Shown piece by piece: positions 60,640 through 64,000 of a DNA stretch of 64,000 nt (the stretch's first letter is position 1; every line of letters begins with the position of its first letter). The position numbers and the translations under genes are program-made. Source of the DNA: Gracilinanus agilis (lineage: Eukaryota); contig NC_058131.1 in the NCBI RefSeq assembly GCF_016433145.1, forward strand, positions 61,767,974-61,831,973, in the 5' to 3' direction. Below the pieces are notes generated by a model. That model had not been told where the DNA came from, did no database searches, and saw nothing but the letters and a program-made list of their open reading frames with translations.

Positions 60640-63039
60640 CTGTGAAGAGAGAGAAAGACACACCTTTGAAAAATGTGGGAAGTGATGTCAGAAATTGGGA
60701 CCAGTCAGTTCTGAGTTTTTAGAATAAACAACACAATTACGCCACGCTGCCTTCAGGTAATAGAAAGATCAGTCAGTGGATTTAATCAGAAGATGGGCAT
60801 TGCAATTCTAGCACTGCTAATAAGCATCTATGCGCCCATGATCAAAATATTCCCCTTCTCTGGGCTCTGGTTTTCAGAGCTATAAAATAAGGACTATGTC
60901 CAGATACTGTCTAAGGTTCCTTTCTAGATCTAAATTTGATGACCCTATTAAATAAGGAAGTCAAGGTTATGCTAAAAGGCATATATTCCACAATTCTAGT
61001 GCCCTGAACCTCCAGGATACACCATCCAAGAGTTTGGGATTTTTAACAACTGTGAAAGAACGCATTATCGTCTACCAACCCTGGTTCAGTCAATCTTAGA
61101 GGCAAGGTTCTCTGTGAGGACTAGAAACAACTCCTTAGAAAGAGAGTTTTTTCAGTCTAGCTGCTGGCTCCAGCTAGAAATACTTAGAACTAACAAGCAG
61201 AGATTGCAAATCTTTGCAGAATCAGGATGGGAGCCTGAAATTTGCCAACCACTGACCCTGAATCCAAAGTTGGCTATTCCCTAGGGCAGCATGGACTCTC
61301 ATTAGATACATGGAACCATATCCCATGGAAAAGCAACATAGGCACATCAGATTAGAAAATGAGACCAGAAGCAGCATGCACTGGGCAGCCTAGGGTAGTC
61401 CTTTCAGCAGGGATTCCTTCAACTGTATCTAGGGAAGCAGGAACCAATCCAACAGACAGGCCTCCTGGGACTAGGGCAGGGAAAGGCAAGCATTACCAGT
61501 GAGAAAGGCAACCAGTCAGGAAAGGTCCTTCCCAGTCCTATGGCAGCTCAGGCTACAGGGAAAGAGACTTCAATTTCCCAAATGGCAGAGGTGCCTCTTG
61601 CAAAAGGTCCCTGGCCCTCATATTTCTTTCAAGCATCCTAAATAACATGTATTCCCTGTTTATTCCAAATAGCTGGAATTTAGACACCATGTCCAAATGG
61701 GTCTGCAATGAAGCAGTAGGCTGTTTGTATGGATATACCCTCTCAAACATAAGTTTGGCCCTGCTGCCCTGTGCGTGGAAAACCCAGAAAGCATCCAAGC
61801 GGATTGGAGCAGATGCCAATGGGGAGGGAGGAGATGGGAAGAAACAGGCATTCCATTTCTTATTGAGGGATTTTGTGTGTCTGTTTGATTTGGGGATGTG
61901 GCTTACCACTGCTACTAGCATTTTAGGGTGAAAGACATGAAGATACCACAGAGGTTCACCATATTCAATAAGCAACTTTATAAGAGTTTGATCTGAGCAC
62001 AACAAAGTGAGAGTCAAAGGCCCTCCTAGAAGCTGCTCAGGGAGATCTCTTGGGAGAATGAGGGGCAATGGGGATAACTGGGATAGTTGTTTTGTTGGTT
62101 TTCAAAAACTGTTTGATCTGGTGATCTGGAAGTCCTTTCCTGCTCAAAGAAGGGACAGAGCAGGGAAGACCTGGCACAGAAAAAAGAAGCCAAGTAGGAA
62201 CTGAAGAAAAAGCCATTTCAAAGGGCTCAGAAGGCTAGCAAGTATGTGCTGATACATAAGGCCTGGCAGGAGGAATTAAGTCCATCAACAAGATTCTTCA
62301 AAAACAGAAGCAAGGCTTTCTCTGTTTCTTCTTCACAAATTAGCTCCTCAAACTAAGGTACCCCCAGGGAAGTTAAATACTGATAATCCCACATTGGGAT
62401 AGGTAGTATCACAGTTAAGGTTTATATAGTCCTTGAGGTAGGGAGTATAATTTAATTAGGTCTCCTTAACAGATAAGAAAATCAGAAAGAGGTTAAGTAA
62501 CTTGCCCAAAGTCGTACAATTCAGACCACAGCCTTCTGCCATCAATCCCAATACTCTATGAGTTATGACAGTACTATCTCAGCAAAAGAGGTACAACCCT
62601 CTCTCTTCCCATGCTATGCTGATGTCTTGACAAATCCGATTCAAAAGGTCTCTCAGGGTTCTTAAAGAGAAGAATCTGTCTGCTCATAGCTCTGATGTCT
62701 CTTGGGGCTTTCAGAGATGCTCAAGCAAGCTCCTCGGATGGAATTCCCCAAGCACCCATGGATGGAATTCCACCTGTACTTCTTGGACATTCCCTAGCCT
62801 TCAAGATGTCCCTGACCATTCATTTTGCCCTGATTTCACCTAAGTAATCATTTTAAGGTTTTGGAAAAACACATCAGAAACTAAGACAAGATGGGAACCA
62901 TGATTAGACAATAGAACACATGAAAAAGTTCTGAGGATTTGGGTGGAATATAAACTTAATGGGTCAATGGTGTCACATAACAGCCAAAACCCCCCTCATC
63001 CAATCTTAAAGTGCAATATGAAGCCTAATATCCAGAATG

Positions 63040-63720
63040 GGGGAAGAATTAACAGTCCCATGGTCCTCTGCCCTGATCAGACAATAATCTATACACATTT
63101 CAAGAAGAACAGCGATAGGCTGGAGTTAGTCTAGAAAAGGAGAACCAGGATGGAACAGCAATTAGAGAAAGTGTCATATGAGGACTGGTTGGAACTTGGG
63201 TAGGAGGAAGAATGAGAATTACCTTCAAGTATCTGATAGATTGTCTTTATCTAGAAGAGAGATCAGAATTGATCTACTTTAGGGGCAGCTAAATGGCACA
63301 GTGGATAGAACATCAGGTCAGGAGTTGGGAGGTCCTGGGTTCAAATCTGGCCGCAGACATTTCCTAACTGTGAGATCCTGGGCAAGTCACTTAACCTCAA
63401 TTGCCTAGCCCTTATTGCTCTTCTGCCTTGGAACCAATTCTTAGACAGAAAGTAAAGTATTAAAAAAAAAAAAAAAAAGAATTGATCTACTTGGCCCCAA
63501 AGGGCAGAACAAGAAGTCACTGGTAGAAGTTGTAGAGAATTCTATTTCAGCTCCAAGTATAAGGGAAGACTTCTTCCTGATGAAAGCTCTATAAAACTGG
63601 AATGGGCTGCCTCAGGAAGCAGTGGCTTGTCCTTAATTTGAAGTCTTCAAACATAAGTTGGAAGACCACTTGGAGAAGATGTTGTAATGGAGGATCAAGT
63701 ACGGGTTAGACTAAAAATAT
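63040..63720 (+). mobile_element. CR1/L3 fragment in a NUTF2 intron, interrupted by a SINE
   Basis: Same CR1 3' motifs as the copy near 16 kb (ggaatgggctgcctcaggaagcagtgg...gaagtcttcaaac). Confidence 0.65.
63281..63479 (+). mobile_element. SINE-1_Mdo-like SINE with a 15-bp TSD
   Basis: AGAATTGATCTACTT at 63265-63279 and 63478-63492; long pure A tail. Confidence 0.9.
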
Positions 63721-64000
63721 ACAATAAGGAAATAAATAAAAAATACCCAAGTATGGGTTAGCCAAGAGAGCCATTGAGGCCCCTTCCAACTCTGTGCCTG
63801 TGATTCTGAATGACATACCTCAAACCTAGATCCCCAATGCTCAGGGGAATGTGAATCTGCACTATGCAGGCAAGTCTTCTAAGGCAGGTGTGAAGACAGA
63901 GGTGTATAGAGGGAGACATGCCCCACAGCAAGCTTAAGAGAAAGTCTGATAAGTCCCCCAAAATGGCAGCTGTTCATTCTATGTACCTCTGAAGCAGGAA

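Noticed and set aside
61553-62068. 171-aa minus-strand ORF in a NUTF2 intron
   Set aside because: No recognisable homology and no match to the missing NUTF2 exon (SLPFQKIQHSIT...). That exon was not found anywhere in 60640-64000.
3020-63479. tRNA-like A/B box sequences (tggctcagtgg...ggttcaaat) scattered through the window
   Set aside because: All are heads of tRNA-derived SINEs; none folds as a complete tRNA. No rRNA, snRNA or snoRNA gene was recognised.

Overview
Vertebrate genomic DNA from a marsupial, most likely the opossum Monodelphis domestica (inferred from dense SINE-1_Mdo-like, MAR1-like, MIR, L2, CR1 and marsupial-type L1 repeats). It is not prokaryotic: there is no CRISPR array or operon. 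Four genes lie head-to-tail on the minus strand in the order I recall from human 16q22.1. (1) NUTF2: last coding exon 60526-60639 and a 3' UTR with two poly(A) signals. (2) EDC4: complete, 29 coding exons mapped by hand, all GT-AG, 4182 nt, 1393 aa, 36962-55149. (3) NRN1L: complete, 3 exons, 181 aa, 31934-35495. (4) A CpG-island promoter and non-coding first exon at about 9.0-9.6 kb, assigned to PSKH1 by synteny only; its coding exons would lie left of the window. Almost all entries in the supplied ORF track are noise, repeat-derived or antisense shadows. There are two assembly gaps (28250-28432, 50210-50222). I found no new multi-gene system. The most interesting signals are: a very recent two-step templated insertion that created a 279-bp near-perfect inverted repeat (24.5-26.1 kb); an orphan promoter-like CpG micro-island at 21.1-21.3 kb; a strong-Kozak uORF plus a possible divergent promoter at the PSKH1 island; an intact hAT MITE in EDC4 intron 26; and lineage-specific protein differences in NRN1L and EDC4. 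Comparisons with human proteins and repeat consensus sequences are from memory and need confirming by alignment. Repeat boundaries are approximate.
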